In this document: one piece after another, positions 37,012 to 46,804 of the stretch
How positions within the stretch are numbered: position 1 is the stretch's first letter
How the letters are laid out: each line of letters starts with the position of its first letter
NCBI GenBank assembly: GCA_965203175.1
Contig: OZ241867.1
Coordinates: forward strand, 5,056,001-5,120,000
Direction: 5' to 3'
Length of the DNA: 64,000 nt
DNA from: Candidatus Latescibacterota bacterium
GTDB taxonomy: Bacteria > Latescibacterota > UBA2968 > UBA8231
Notes under the pieces: model-generated
The model's input: the letters and a program-made list of their open reading frames with translations, nothing else
Databases searched by the model: none
Told to the model about the DNA's origin: nothing
Made by a program: the position numbers and the translations under genes

Positions 37012-38430
37012 ATGACACCGCCCTCGACCCGCGTCACCGCCGCGCTAGCCAATGCTGCGGAGCGTCGCAGCATTTTCGGCCAGTACGCGCAAACGCCCAT
37101 CTACCATACGCCCGTCACCGTCGAAGCCGTCCTCGATGAAAAGGGTTGCCTCGCAGTGGAACTGCCGTTCACCGAAGCGAAAGTACTCTCGGTCGGCCCC
37201 CAGCGCGAGGTCAAGCTCTTCTTGGAACCGGGCGACCAATTGCACATTGACGCGGACTTGCTCGACCTGCCCCAATCTCTCCGCTTTTCCGGCCAAGGCG
37301 CGGCCAACAACCAGTTCCTCGCCGCCCTGCGGACCCGCTTTTCAGATTACCTACGCATCGACTACAAAGACCTAGAGGTCGATAACTTTCGTAAAACAAT
37401 CGACCAGCGGCGCGTGGAAATGACTCGCTTTCTGGACGAGGGGTGCGCCCAAGGAGGACTCACACCGGCTTTCGTCGATTATTACCGCGCCGAAATCACC
37501 TATGATTGGGCCAAAGAACTGGTCTCTTATCCGCGCAATTACGAGAGGCAAAACGGACGGGAGAACGAAGCCCTCCCCGAGAACTATTACGACATCCTCG
37601 ATCAAGTCGAACTGGTTGACGAAACAGCTATCGGTACCTCCCATTACCGCACCTTTCTGTCGCGCAATTTCTTACGCCTTTGGCAAGAATGGAACGACCA
37701 GCCCGCCACTAAACAGATGGCCGCTGAGAAACGCCGAAACCTGTTTGAAACCTACGTTCCCTACAATCATGCCAAGCGGACCCTGCACGGCAAAGTCCTG
37801 TACTTCTTTCTCGCTGGGGAAATCGTCCGGGACTTCCAATACGGCTTATTTAACATAGGCGAACAACGCTGGGCCGAATTTCTCCAGGATAATCCCTACC
37901 CCGAATACACCGAGGTCGTCGAGGAGGTCGTGCGGGAAGCATCCAAGCTCAAACCTGGTCAGCCCGCCCCCGACTTCACCCTCGACGATCTCCAGGGCCA
38001 AAGCGTCTCCCTGAACGATTTCAAAGGCCAAGCGGTTTTCTTGGACTTTTGGGCGAGTTGGTGCAGTCCCTGCATCGAGGCAGTACCCCATCTGGAAGAG
38101 CTCAAACAGCAGACCCGCGACCAGAAGGTGGTCTTTTTGAACATCTCTTTGGACCCCGCCGACGAGTGGCACCAAGCAGTCGATGAGCACGGTCTGACCG
38201 GCGTCCATGTCCACGCTCCGGGCGGCAGGCAATCAGCGGTGGCCCAGTTGTACCAAGTTAGCGGCATACCCTCCTACTTCTTGGTAGGTCCAGACGGCCG
38301 CATAGACGGCCACGTTGGCTATGTCTCCGATGTCTCGGATGTGGTCAGCCGCATTGAGAAAGTGGCGTCTGGGCAGGTGCCGTCGTCATCGCCAAAAAGT
38401 ATCAGATCGGAGATGGTCATCAGAGGATAG
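37012..38430 (+). CDS. TlpA/ResA-family protein (paralog 4)
   Basis: GAGGAG RBS and FWASWCSPC. Paralogous to 3357..4754. Confidence 0.85.
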   Translation: MTPPSTRVTAALANAAERRSIFGQYAQTPIYHTPVTVEAVLDEKGCLAVELPFTEAKVLSVGPQREVKLFLEPGDQLHIDADLLDLPQSLRFSGQGAANNQFLAALRTRFSDYLRIDYKDLEVDNFRKTIDQRRVEMTRFLDEGCAQGGLTPAFVDYYRAEITYDWAKELVSYPRNYERQNGRENEALPENYYDILDQVELVDETAIGTSHYRTFLSRNFLRLWQEWNDQPATKQMAAEKRRNLFETYVPYNHAKRTLHGKVLYFFLAGEIVRDFQYGLFNIGEQRWAEFLQDNPYPEYTEVVEEVVREASKLKPGQPAPDFTLDDLQGQSVSLNDFKGQAVFLDFWASWCSPCIEAVPHLEELKQQTRDQKVVFLNISLDPADEWHQAVDEHGLTGVHVHAPGGRQSAVAQLYQVSGIPSYFLVGPDGRIDGHVGYVSDVSDVVSRIEKVASGQVPSSSPKSIRSEMVIRG

Positions 38431-38512
38431 CCGCATTGTTTATCTGTGGAGCGCGACTTTTATAGGGGCCGCTAGGCCACTACATTCTGGATGATAATGA
38501 GAGGAGATTTAC

Positions 38513-39979
38513 ATGGCACCGCTTTCCACCCGCGTCACCGCCGCGCTAGCCAATGCTTCAGAGCACCGCAGCATTTCCTTCGAGTACCAGCAAACGCCCA
38601 TCTACCATACGCCCGTCACCGTCGAAGTCCCTCTCGACGAAAAGGGCTGTCTTGCGGTAGAACTGCCGTTTACTGAAGCGCAAATGGTTTCGGTCAAGCT
38701 CGACAAGAAGGTCAAGCTCTTTCTGGAACCGGGCGACCAATTGCACATTGACGCGGACTTGCTCAACCTTCCTCAGTCCCTCCGCTTTTCCGGCCAAGGC
38801 GCGGCCAACAATCAGTTTCTCGCCGCCCTGCGGTCCCGTTTCCCCGATTACCTAGACATCGACTACGAAGACTTGGAGGTCGATGCCTTTCGCAAAATAA
38901 TCGACCAGCGGCGAGTGGAAATGACTCGCTTTCTGGACGAGGGGTGCAACCAATGCCAACTCACGCCGGCCTTCGTCGATTACTACCGCGCTGAAATCAC
39001 TTATGAATGGGCCAATTCCGTGGTCTCCTATCCCACTAACTACATGTTCGCCAATGGACACAAAAACAAGGACCTCCCCGCGGACTATCACGAGGCCCTC
39101 GACCAGATTGAACTGGTTGACGAAGCGGCTATCGGCACCACCGATTACCGCACCTTTCTGGATCGCAATTTCGTTCGTATAAGAGAAGACGCCGATGATC
39201 GAGTACAACTGGAGCAACTATCCGACAGCCAACGCCAAGACCATATTGAAACCTACACCCCCTACAATCAGGCCAAGCAGACCTTGCACGGCAAAGTCCG
39301 GTACTTTTTTATCGCCGGGGAAATCGTTTGGGGCTTTCGGAAGGGCTGGTTTGACCAAGGGGAACAACGCCTAGCCGAATTCCTCCAAGACAATCCCTAT
39401 CCCGAATACACCGAGGTCGTCGAGGAGGTCGTGCGGGAAACATCCAAGCTCAAACCCGGCCAGCCCGCGCCCGACTTCACCCTCAGTGATCTCCAAGGCC
39501 AAAGCGTCTCCCTGAGCGATTTCAAAGGGCAGTCGGTTTTCTTGGACTTTTGGGCAAGTTGGTGCGGTCCGTGCATCGGGGCAGTACCCTATCTGGAAGA
39601 GATCAAACAGCGGACCCGTGACCAGAAGGTGGTCTTTTTGAACATTTCTTTGGACCCCGCCGACGAGTGGCACCAAGCGGTGGAAGAGCACGGACTGACC
39701 GGCGTCCACGTCCACTCTCCGGGTGGCTGGCAGTCGGCAGTGGCTCAGTTGTACCAAGTTCAGAGCATACCCTCCTATTTCCTAGTGGGGCCAGACGGCT
39801 GCATGGACGGCCGCGTCGACATACCCTCCTTCCTAAGGGCTCCAGACGGCCGGATGGCCGGTCGCGATGTCTTCAATGCCATTGTCGAGGAGGTAGTCGT
39901 CCGCATTGAGAAGGTCGCGTCTGGGAAGGTGCCGTCGTCAAAAAAAACAGGCTATATTATTAGGACAACGAGGCGATGA
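38513..39979 (+). CDS. TlpA/ResA-family protein (paralog 5)
   Basis: GAGGAG RBS and FWASWCGPC. Carries a short internal duplication near the C-terminus. Confidence 0.85.
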   Translation: MAPLSTRVTAALANASEHRSISFEYQQTPIYHTPVTVEVPLDEKGCLAVELPFTEAQMVSVKLDKKVKLFLEPGDQLHIDADLLNLPQSLRFSGQGAANNQFLAALRSRFPDYLDIDYEDLEVDAFRKIIDQRRVEMTRFLDEGCNQCQLTPAFVDYYRAEITYEWANSVVSYPTNYMFANGHKNKDLPADYHEALDQIELVDEAAIGTTDYRTFLDRNFVRIREDADDRVQLEQLSDSQRQDHIETYTPYNQAKQTLHGKVRYFFIAGEIVWGFRKGWFDQGEQRLAEFLQDNPYPEYTEVVEEVVRETSKLKPGQPAPDFTLSDLQGQSVSLSDFKGQSVFLDFWASWCGPCIGAVPYLEEIKQRTRDQKVVFLNISLDPADEWHQAVEEHGLTGVHVHSPGGWQSAVAQLYQVQSIPSYFLVGPDGCMDGRVDIPSFLRAPDGRMAGRDVFNAIVEEVVVRIEKVASGKVPSSKKTGYIIRTTRR

Positions 39980-40043
39980 GTCCCGCTAAATGTCGAATTC
40001 GCGCTATCCCTCGCTCCGCACCATCTACTGACGACAGGTTCCC

Positions 40044-41387
40044 ATGTCCCCCCCCAATATCGTCTATATCCACTCGCACGACACCGGCCGCTACGTCCAA
40101 CCCTATGGCCACGCCATACCCACGCCTCATATCCAGCAGCTAGCCGAGGAAGGCGTCCTCTTCCGCCAAGCCTTTTGCGCCAACCCCACCTGCTCGCCCA
40201 GCCGCGCCTGCCTGCTCACGGGCCAGTGGGCTCATTCCTGTGGCATGACCGGCTTAGTCAATCGCGGCTGGACCTTGCCTCACCCCGAACGGCTGCTGAC
40301 CCATACCCTGCAAAGGGCCGGTTACACCACAGCCATGGCCGGCTTCCAGCACGTGGTAGCGGACATCGACGACGGTGGCTTCACCCGCCTGTTGCCCCAA
40401 GAAGCTCCCGATACCCCAACCGAAGACCGGGCCGCCGCCTTTTTGGCCGAAGATCATCGCGCGCCCTTCTATTTGGACGTGGGCTTTGGCGAAACCCATC
40501 GCCAGAGACGCGGTTTTGCACCCCAGCCCCAAGACGAGGATCCCACCGATCCGCGCTATGTGCGGCCGCCCGTGCCCTTCCCCGATACGCCCGAGACGCG
40601 CCGCGACATGGCCGCCTACATCGACGCGGCCCGCACCCTCGACGCCAAAATGGGCCGCGTCTTCGCCGCCCTGCGCGACAACGGTTTGGCCGACAATACC
40701 TTCGTCATTTGCACCACCGACCACGGAATAGCCTTCCCCACCATGAAGTGCAACCTCACCGACCACGGCCTTGGCGTCATGCTAGTGCTGCGCGGCCCAG
40801 GAGGCTTCAGCGACGGCCAAGTGATCGATGCCTTGGTCAGCCAAATCGATATCTATCCAACGGTCTGCGCCCTAGCCGGGATCGAGTTACCCGACCACGT
40901 GCAGGGCACCTCGCTCCTGCCGCTGGTAAACGGCCAAGCGCAAGAAATCCGCCGCGAAATTTTCGCCGAAGTAAACTACCACACTTACTACGAGCCCCAG
41001 CGTTGCATCCGCACACAGCGCTTCAAGTACATCCGCCGCTTTGACCAGCGCCAATACCCAGTCCTGCCCAATTGCGACGACAGCTTGACCAAAGACTATT
41101 TTATAAACCAAGGCTGGCGGCAACGTCCCCTAGAGCGCGAACGGCTCTACGACTTGGTCTTTGATCCGCACGAAACCCACAATTTGGCCGCAGACCCCAA
41201 TTGCCAAGATCACCTAGAGGAGCTACGCCAACGCCTCGACCAATGGATGCAAAACACCGACGATCCCCTAGCCCACGGGCACCCCGTAGTGCCGCCTGCT
41301 ACCGCGGTAGTCAACGATCCCGATGCCCGTTCGCCCTCGGAGCCGCACCACTCGGCCCGCGAATTTTTGGGCATCTATCCAGAGTGA
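40044..41387 (+). CDS. Formylglycine-dependent (S1) sulfatase, cytoplasmic
   Basis: PNIVYIHSHD, CSPSRACLLTG signature, TTDHG and LYDL..DP.E..NLA. No signal peptide. Confidence 0.9.
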   Translation: MSPPNIVYIHSHDTGRYVQPYGHAIPTPHIQQLAEEGVLFRQAFCANPTCSPSRACLLTGQWAHSCGMTGLVNRGWTLPHPERLLTHTLQRAGYTTAMAGFQHVVADIDDGGFTRLLPQEAPDTPTEDRAAAFLAEDHRAPFYLDVGFGETHRQRRGFAPQPQDEDPTDPRYVRPPVPFPDTPETRRDMAAYIDAARTLDAKMGRVFAALRDNGLADNTFVICTTDHGIAFPTMKCNLTDHGLGVMLVLRGPGGFSDGQVIDALVSQIDIYPTVCALAGIELPDHVQGTSLLPLVNGQAQEIRREIFAEVNYHTYYEPQRCIRTQRFKYIRRFDQRQYPVLPNCDDSLTKDYFINQGWRQRPLERERLYDLVFDPHETHNLAADPNCQDHLEELRQRLDQWMQNTDDPLAHGHPVVPPATAVVNDPDARSPSEPHHSAREFLGIYPE

Positions 41388-41473
41388 GATAGTTTCCAGA
41401 GGTTTATCGGTATGCGTCGTGAGCCTCGCTACCATTAACCAAGGCATTTGCCCAACCCCATAAAGGAGGCCCC

Positions 41474-42793
41474 ATGAAATCCGCTCTGTTTTCCTTCCTC
41501 ACCTGCGCCTTAACCCTTGGCGCATGCTCTGATCGCGATCCAGTTTCCTCCAACGAGCCGACCGAGCCGGCCGCCAAGCGCAGAATCAGCAGCATAATTT
41601 GGACCACCACTTCCGTCGCCGGACGGGCCGAGTCGCGGATCCATCCGCTCGGCACCGACGAGGCCGTGCAGATCCGCTCGTTGCTCTCGATTACTGGTGC
41701 GGCGTCGCTGGGCGGGGCGTTGCGCAACGGTGTCGAGTTGGCCGTGCGCGACTTCGGCGACATCCACGGTCGCGCCGTCGAACTCGGCGAGTCCATGGAC
41801 AGTATGTGCTCGCCAGAGGGCGGACGCGAGGGTGCTAAACAGATCAGCGCCGACCGGCAGGTGGTAGGCGTCATCGGCACGTCGTGCTCGGCCGCGGCCG
41901 TGGCGGCCTCACCGGTGATCAGCGAGGCAGGACTGGTGATGATCTCGCCGTCCAACACGTCACCGTTGCTCACGTCCGACCTCGCTGGCAACGCCAATCC
42001 CAATTATCACCCCGGCTATTTCCGCACTTCCAATAACGATCTCTATCAAGCGAACGCAGTTGCCGACTTTGCCTACAATGAACTAGGGCTGCGGCGCATG
42101 GTGGCCGTTGACGACGGCGATCCATACACAGCGTCCCTAGTCAGCGCGTTTGGCAATGCGTTTGGCGCACTCGGCGGCGAGATCGCGGTCGCTGCCCGGA
42201 TCGACAAGGGCGACACGGACATGACGGACGTTCTCGCGGAATTCGCCGCTGCCGACCCAGACGGCATCTTCTTCCCCCTCTTCGAAGAGGAAGGCACGCC
42301 CTTCGCCGAGCAGGCGCGGGCGTTCGACGGCCTGGAAGATGCGACGCTCATTTCAGGCGCGGCTCTCCTCGTGTCCGAGTTCCTCGGCACACCACAATCG
42401 GAGGGCATGTACTTCGCCGGGCCAGAGTCGGACCACGGCGCAAACGTCAATGCAGCGACCGGCAAGAATGCGGCCGATGTGCTCGCCGCGTATGAAGCCG
42501 CGTACGGCGGGTCGCCGACTTCTCCGTACTGGGCCCATGCGTACGACGCCACCACAGTGCTGCTCAGCGCCATCAAATCCGTTGCGGTGGAGCAAGACGG
42601 CAAATTGCACATAAACCGCGCTGCGCTGCGCATGAAGATTGGAGCAATGACCGGCTTTCAGGGGATTATCGGCGCGATCTCCTGCGACGATTTCGGCGAC
42701 TGCGGCACTGGGCACATCAACATCTACCACCATACGGATACGAACATCACAGACACCGCGCAGTTGCCAATAGTGTACCAGTTCGCGCCGTGA
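41474..42793 (+). CDS. Branched-chain-amino-acid-type (Leu/Ile/Val, PBP type 1) solute-binding lipoprotein
   Basis: Lipobox LGAC, VVGVIGTSCS...MISPSNTSP.LT, YFRT, AYDAT and FQGIIG. Confidence 0.85.
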   Translation: MKSALFSFLTCALTLGACSDRDPVSSNEPTEPAAKRRISSIIWTTTSVAGRAESRIHPLGTDEAVQIRSLLSITGAASLGGALRNGVELAVRDFGDIHGRAVELGESMDSMCSPEGGREGAKQISADRQVVGVIGTSCSAAAVAASPVISEAGLVMISPSNTSPLLTSDLAGNANPNYHPGYFRTSNNDLYQANAVADFAYNELGLRRMVAVDDGDPYTASLVSAFGNAFGALGGEIAVAARIDKGDTDMTDVLAEFAAADPDGIFFPLFEEEGTPFAEQARAFDGLEDATLISGAALLVSEFLGTPQSEGMYFAGPESDHGANVNAATGKNAADVLAAYEAAYGGSPTSPYWAHAYDATTVLLSAIKSVAVEQDGKLHINRAALRMKIGAMTGFQGIIGAISCDDFGDCGTGHINIYHHTDTNITDTAQLPIVYQFAP

Positions 42794-42817
42794 TCCCGAC
42801 GGAAAGCTGAGCCTCTT

Positions 42818-44551
42818 TTGACAGCAGCCCGCGCAAACGCAAACATCCGCTACGAACTAGACGAGCGCTGTCCCCTACCCGTGGCCATAGGGGTCGGCGT
42901 TCAGGGTATCATGATAGGGCTGGCTCCGACAGTATTGATCGTGGCCATCACCGCCCTAGCAGCAGGCCAAGATGAACGCTATCTGTCGTGGGCCGTTTTC
43001 GCGGCGCTGATAATCAGCGGGGTGAACACTGCGCTACAAGCAGCCAAGATCGGACGGCTGGGCGGTGGCCATGTGCTCATTATGGGAGCCACGCCCAACT
43101 TCATCGCCATCTCGGTCCTGGCCATCGAAGAGGGCGGGCCAGCCATGTTGGCCAGCCTCATCGTCCTCTCGTCGTTTTTTTACCTAGCATTAGCGGCGTG
43201 GCTGCCGTTGCTGCGCCGCATCATTACGCCAGTCGTCTCCGGCACGGTACTCATGCTAATTGCGGCGATGATCCTCCCCATCGCTTTCGACCGGTTGCGA
43301 GAAGTGCCCGAGGGGTCATCACTGGCAGCGGGTCCGTGCGTGGCAGCGGTGACGCTGATTGCAGCCACGATGTTGATGCTGCGCGGCCCGCGGACTTGGC
43401 GACCGTGGTCACTGCTGCTCGGAATCGCCGCAGGCTGCGTGGCCGCGGTGCCATTCGGACTGTACAACTTTGAGCGCTTGAGCACAGCTTCTTGGGTTGG
43501 AATCTCCAACAGTGGATTCCCAGGGCTGGACCTGACGCCGAGCGCGGGGTTCTGGGCGCTGCTGCCGATGTTCCTGATTGTGACACTCGTGCAAGTGATC
43601 AAGGGCATTGGCGACGGCGTGGTCATTCAACAGGTGTCGCGGCGGCGGCCACGAACGACAGACTTTCGCCTAATCCAAGGCTCAACCTACGCCAACGGGG
43701 TATGCGTTCTGTTATCGGGCATTACCGGGACGCCGCCCACGACCTCCTATTCGTCGTCCACCGTCTCGCTCATCAACCTCACCGGAGTCTCCGCGCGCAG
43801 CGCTGGATATGCCGTGGGAGGTCTCCTCGTGGTGCTGGCGTTCTTTCCCAAGATAACGAGCGTATTACTCTCCATTCCCAGTCCAGTCCTGGGGGGGTTC
43901 TTGTTGATCGCGATTGGGATGCTCTTCGTCGAGGGGATCCAGACCCTCGCGCGGGCCGGCCTCGACCCGCAAAAGGCCATCGTGGTAGGGCTGGCGTTCT
44001 CCATCGGCCTCGGTATGCAACATCAGAACATTCTCGCGGACCTGCTGGGAAGTCCTTGGGGCGCGTTACTCGGCAACGGCATGACCATCGGCACGGCGAC
44101 AGCGATCGCGCTAACCGCGTTCCTCGAACTGACCAGTCCGCGACGCCGACGCCTAGAGGTGCGGTTGGATATCGCCGACCTTCCCCGCATCGACGCCTTC
44201 CTCCAAGAAATTGCCGCCAAGATGGGTTGGGACGCTGCCGCGACCGAGCGGTTGCGCTCCGCAGGCGAGGAAACCCTGTCGAGTCTGTTGCAGCCGGACA
44301 ACGCATATCCAGCGGGCGAGGCCCCGCGCTTGATTGTCGTCGCGCGACCCGAAGGTGGGATTGTAGAAATGGAATTTCTAGCGGTCTTTGACGAAGACAA
44401 CCTAGAAGACCGTCTTGCGTATTTAGACGAACAGACCGAGACCTTTGATGAACGAGAGCTATCGTTTCGTCTATTGCGCCATTACGCTTCTTCGGTGCGG
44501 CACCAGAAGTATCACGGCTTAGACGTCGTCACAGTGCAAGTGGCCCGATAG
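42818..44551 (+). CDS. supE: NCS2 (xanthine/uracil permease) family transporter with C-terminal soluble extension; supE-like
   Basis: Multi-TM with ITPVVSGTV and FFPKI...L.SIP.PVLGG. Adjacent to supA-D. The symbol rests on the known association of a permease with sup clusters. Confidence 0.65.
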   Translation: MTAARANANIRYELDERCPLPVAIGVGVQGIMIGLAPTVLIVAITALAAGQDERYLSWAVFAALIISGVNTALQAAKIGRLGGGHVLIMGATPNFIAISVLAIEEGGPAMLASLIVLSSFFYLALAAWLPLLRRIITPVVSGTVLMLIAAMILPIAFDRLREVPEGSSLAAGPCVAAVTLIAATMLMLRGPRTWRPWSLLLGIAAGCVAAVPFGLYNFERLSTASWVGISNSGFPGLDLTPSAGFWALLPMFLIVTLVQVIKGIGDGVVIQQVSRRRPRTTDFRLIQGSTYANGVCVLLSGITGTPPTTSYSSSTVSLINLTGVSARSAGYAVGGLLVVLAFFPKITSVLLSIPSPVLGGFLLIAIGMLFVEGIQTLARAGLDPQKAIVVGLAFSIGLGMQHQNILADLLGSPWGALLGNGMTIGTATAIALTAFLELTSPRRRRLEVRLDIADLPRIDAFLQEIAAKMGWDAAATERLRSAGEETLSSLLQPDNAYPAGEAPRLIVVARPEGGIVEMEFLAVFDEDNLEDRLAYLDEQTETFDERELSFRLLRHYASSVRHQKYHGLDVVTVQVAR

Positions 44552-44757
44552 AAAATAGGAAGCTGCCTGAAATCCCTCGCGGCCTCGCACGACTGCAAAC
44601 GCGGCGGCCGCGGCTGTCCACCCCGTTTGCTTCCACCTTGCGCTCGCACTCGGGCGCACTCGGAAATTCCAGACAGCTCCTCACTGCAACACATCCCTCA
44701 AACGTTCCCATTAACGCACAGCGTCAACAGCAAATCGTTCGCACCCACAGACACTGA

Positions 44758-44773
44758 TGCACAATCCGTGCCA
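44758..44773 (-). promoter_or_regulatory. Sigma54-type (-24/-12) promoter
   Basis: The minus strand reads TGGCACGGATTGTGCA: exact GG-N10-GC spacing and one mismatch to TGGCACGNNNNTTGCW. Confidence 0.55.
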
Positions 44774-44839
44774 AGTTGTTAGCAAATAGATAAGTCCTTT
44801 ATACAAAGGATGTTAGATGACTGAGGCTCAGGGGGCGGA

Positions 44840-44991
44840 GAAATGCCGAAGTGACGCACAATGCAACGGTCGAATGGCACTGAAGGAGAGCAGGAGGAGG
44901 CCAACCCTTTGAAATCACGTGGCTTATGGCGCGGTTTGCGGAAAATTTGGCGGGACGTGCTGATTTGCAACACTGTCGCGTCTTGCGACAG
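44840..44991 (-). repeat. Dispersed ~153-bp non-coding element, copy B
   Basis: The reverse complement aligns with 7962..8115. Contains a TGTCGC-N5-GCGACA palindrome and TTTCAA-N4-TTG. Confidence 0.85.
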
Positions 44992-45096
44992 GCAATATCG
45001 CCTTTATTCAGGACGTTTGATACCCAGTTTTTTCATCTTGTCTATCTCCCTTGAGACGATAGATAGCCCTTTGTAGCGCGGTAGGAAAAATGGGTA

Positions 45097-46002
45097 TCAA
45101 GCCAGCGGCTCGATAAATTCGCGCAGTGCCGCGACGCATTCTGCTGGTTGTTCCAGTTGCAAAAGGTGCGTCGCTTCAGGCAGGAAATCGTAATCTACGG
45201 TCAAAATGTGACTAAGATCGAGCGTCGGTAGATAGGAATACGGCAAGGTAGGATCGGCGCCGAGGACCTTTACTGGGCAACGAAGTGTTTCAAAATCCAC
45301 CAAAACAGCAAAAGTGCGAGCGTAATCTACGAGCTGCGCTTCGTATTCACGCGGACACCGCAACTCATACCCCTCCCCGCTAGCACATCTGCGCAGCGTT
45401 GTCTTTGCCACCAGATTGCAAACCCCGGGCACGGCACGCTGGAAGACTGGTAGATAGGGAAGAAAATCTGCAAACTCTTCCCTGGTCTGGAACTGAGCTG
45501 TGCGGCGCCGCGTCATGGCAGCCGTGCGCTCAACAGCCGCATCGAATTCTTCGTAATTGTCGTCGGGCTTGCACAAGGGTGGATCAAACAGAACGTACGC
45601 TGCGAATTCACTGCCTTTAGTCGGCGATAAAAGCGTTATCAGCGCCGCAACCGAATGAAATACGCCAATTTTCGGTTTTTTCCCGTAGTGGCGGTCAATC
45701 GCTTCGAGAATATAGTCGTGATCCTGAATTAATGTTGGCATATTGTGCTTTTGCAGGGTACCAACAGCATTCCAACCATGATTTCTGAGATCGTAGATGA
45801 TCAGATCGAAATCGTCGGCAAGCAGGGACCAGAAGGGATAATAGAGGTCAATCGCTAGACCGCTGCCGTGACTCAGCACGAGCCGCGGCCCCGCCGGATT
45901 TCCATGACGGCGCAGCGTGATGACAGTGCCATCGTCCATGCGAACATCGTTAGTGGAAAGCGGTTCGGGGATTTCCCAGACGGGTTCTGAAGTCGTGGTC
46001 AA
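45097..46002 (-). CDS. supD: Alpha/beta hydrolase of the sup cluster
   Basis: LSHG.G, YDLRNHG, GVFHSVAA nucleophile elbow and THLLQLEQP. Overlaps the PPTase stop (ATGA). Confidence 0.75.
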   Translation of the reverse strand: MTTTSEPVWEIPEPLSTNDVRMDDGTVITLRRHGNPAGPRLVLSHGSGLAIDLYYPFWSLLADDFDLIIYDLRNHGWNAVGTLQKHNMPTLIQDHDYILEAIDRHYGKKPKIGVFHSVAALITLLSPTKGSEFAAYVLFDPPLCKPDDNYEEFDAAVERTAAMTRRRTAQFQTREEFADFLPYLPVFQRAVPGVCNLVAKTTLRRCASGEGYELRCPREYEAQLVDYARTFAVLVDFETLRCPVKVLGADPTLPYSYLPTLDLSHILTVDYDFLPEATHLLQLEQPAECVAALREFIEPLA

Positions 46003-46769
46003 TTGGAATCCGGGGCTAATTCGTGAGCGATAGCGGCTGCGAAATGATCGTTACCAAGATCTTCCAGCCGCCATCTAACGGTCGGCATCTGCGGAAACCG
46101 AAAGATGCTCGTCGCCTTACCGTGGCGCATGGCCAATGGGATCTCGAATTGGGACATATCCAAGGAAAGCCCTAGGCCAAGCGCCTTGATCAAGGCTTCT
46201 TTAATGGTCCAAAAATTGAAGAACAAGCGCAACTTGTGACAACCACGCGTCAATGCCAACTCGGCTTGTTCGTCTGGCCCCATCACGCTACTGATTAGTC
46301 CATCGAGATCGCGCGGTGTGCTGCGTTCCTCCACATCCACGCCCAGCCGTCCAGCCGCTGCAAACGTGATCAAGCCATGCGCGCCGCTGTGACTGACGTT
46401 GAAGCTGACGGAAGCTGCCTCTCCTTGCACCACCGCATACGGCTTTCCGTGATCGGACGCACTAAACGCAAGCTGCTCATTGCGGCAATCGAGTTGCCTA
46501 CAGAGCACGGCGCGGAGTGCTGCACGGCACAATGCAAATCGGCGACGCGGACCGTCGTGCTGGTAGCGTTGCCAACGCGCCTGTTCTTCCTCATCGAGCC
46601 ACGCCCAAGCCTCCGCCTCGCGGGCCGCATGAGGCGTCAGATCAACGTGTAGGACCGTAGCGCGGTCAACTGTTCTAAACGGACGCCACCAGCACTCGGC
46701 AACGGAAGCAGGCATTATATGGCAAGGGTCGCCCACTAATCCCGCAGAAGCGGTAGCGCTGAAAGCCAT
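45999..46769 (-). CDS. supC: Sfp-type 4'-phosphopantetheinyl transferase
   Basis: HGKP, FNVSHS, GVDVE and WTIKEALIKALGLG. Confidence 0.85.
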   Translation of the reverse strand: MAFSATASAGLVGDPCHIMPASVAECWWRPFRTVDRATVLHVDLTPHAAREAEAWAWLDEEEQARWQRYQHDGPRRRFALCRAALRAVLCRQLDCRNEQLAFSASDHGKPYAVVQGEAASVSFNVSHSGAHGLITFAAAGRLGVDVEERSTPRDLDGLISSVMGPDEQAELALTRGCHKLRLFFNFWTIKEALIKALGLGLSLDMSQFEIPLAMRHGKATSIFRFPQMPTVRWRLEDLGNDHFAAAIAHELAPDSN

Positions 46770-46804
46770 CGCTTTGCAGAATCAGCGGACGACCCTTAGG
46801 GCGT

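Noticed and set aside
44529-45076. Short ORFs (60-71 aa) in the supE-supD gap
   Set aside because: No motifs were seen, and no equivalent conserved ORF is evident in the homologous copy at 7962-8115.
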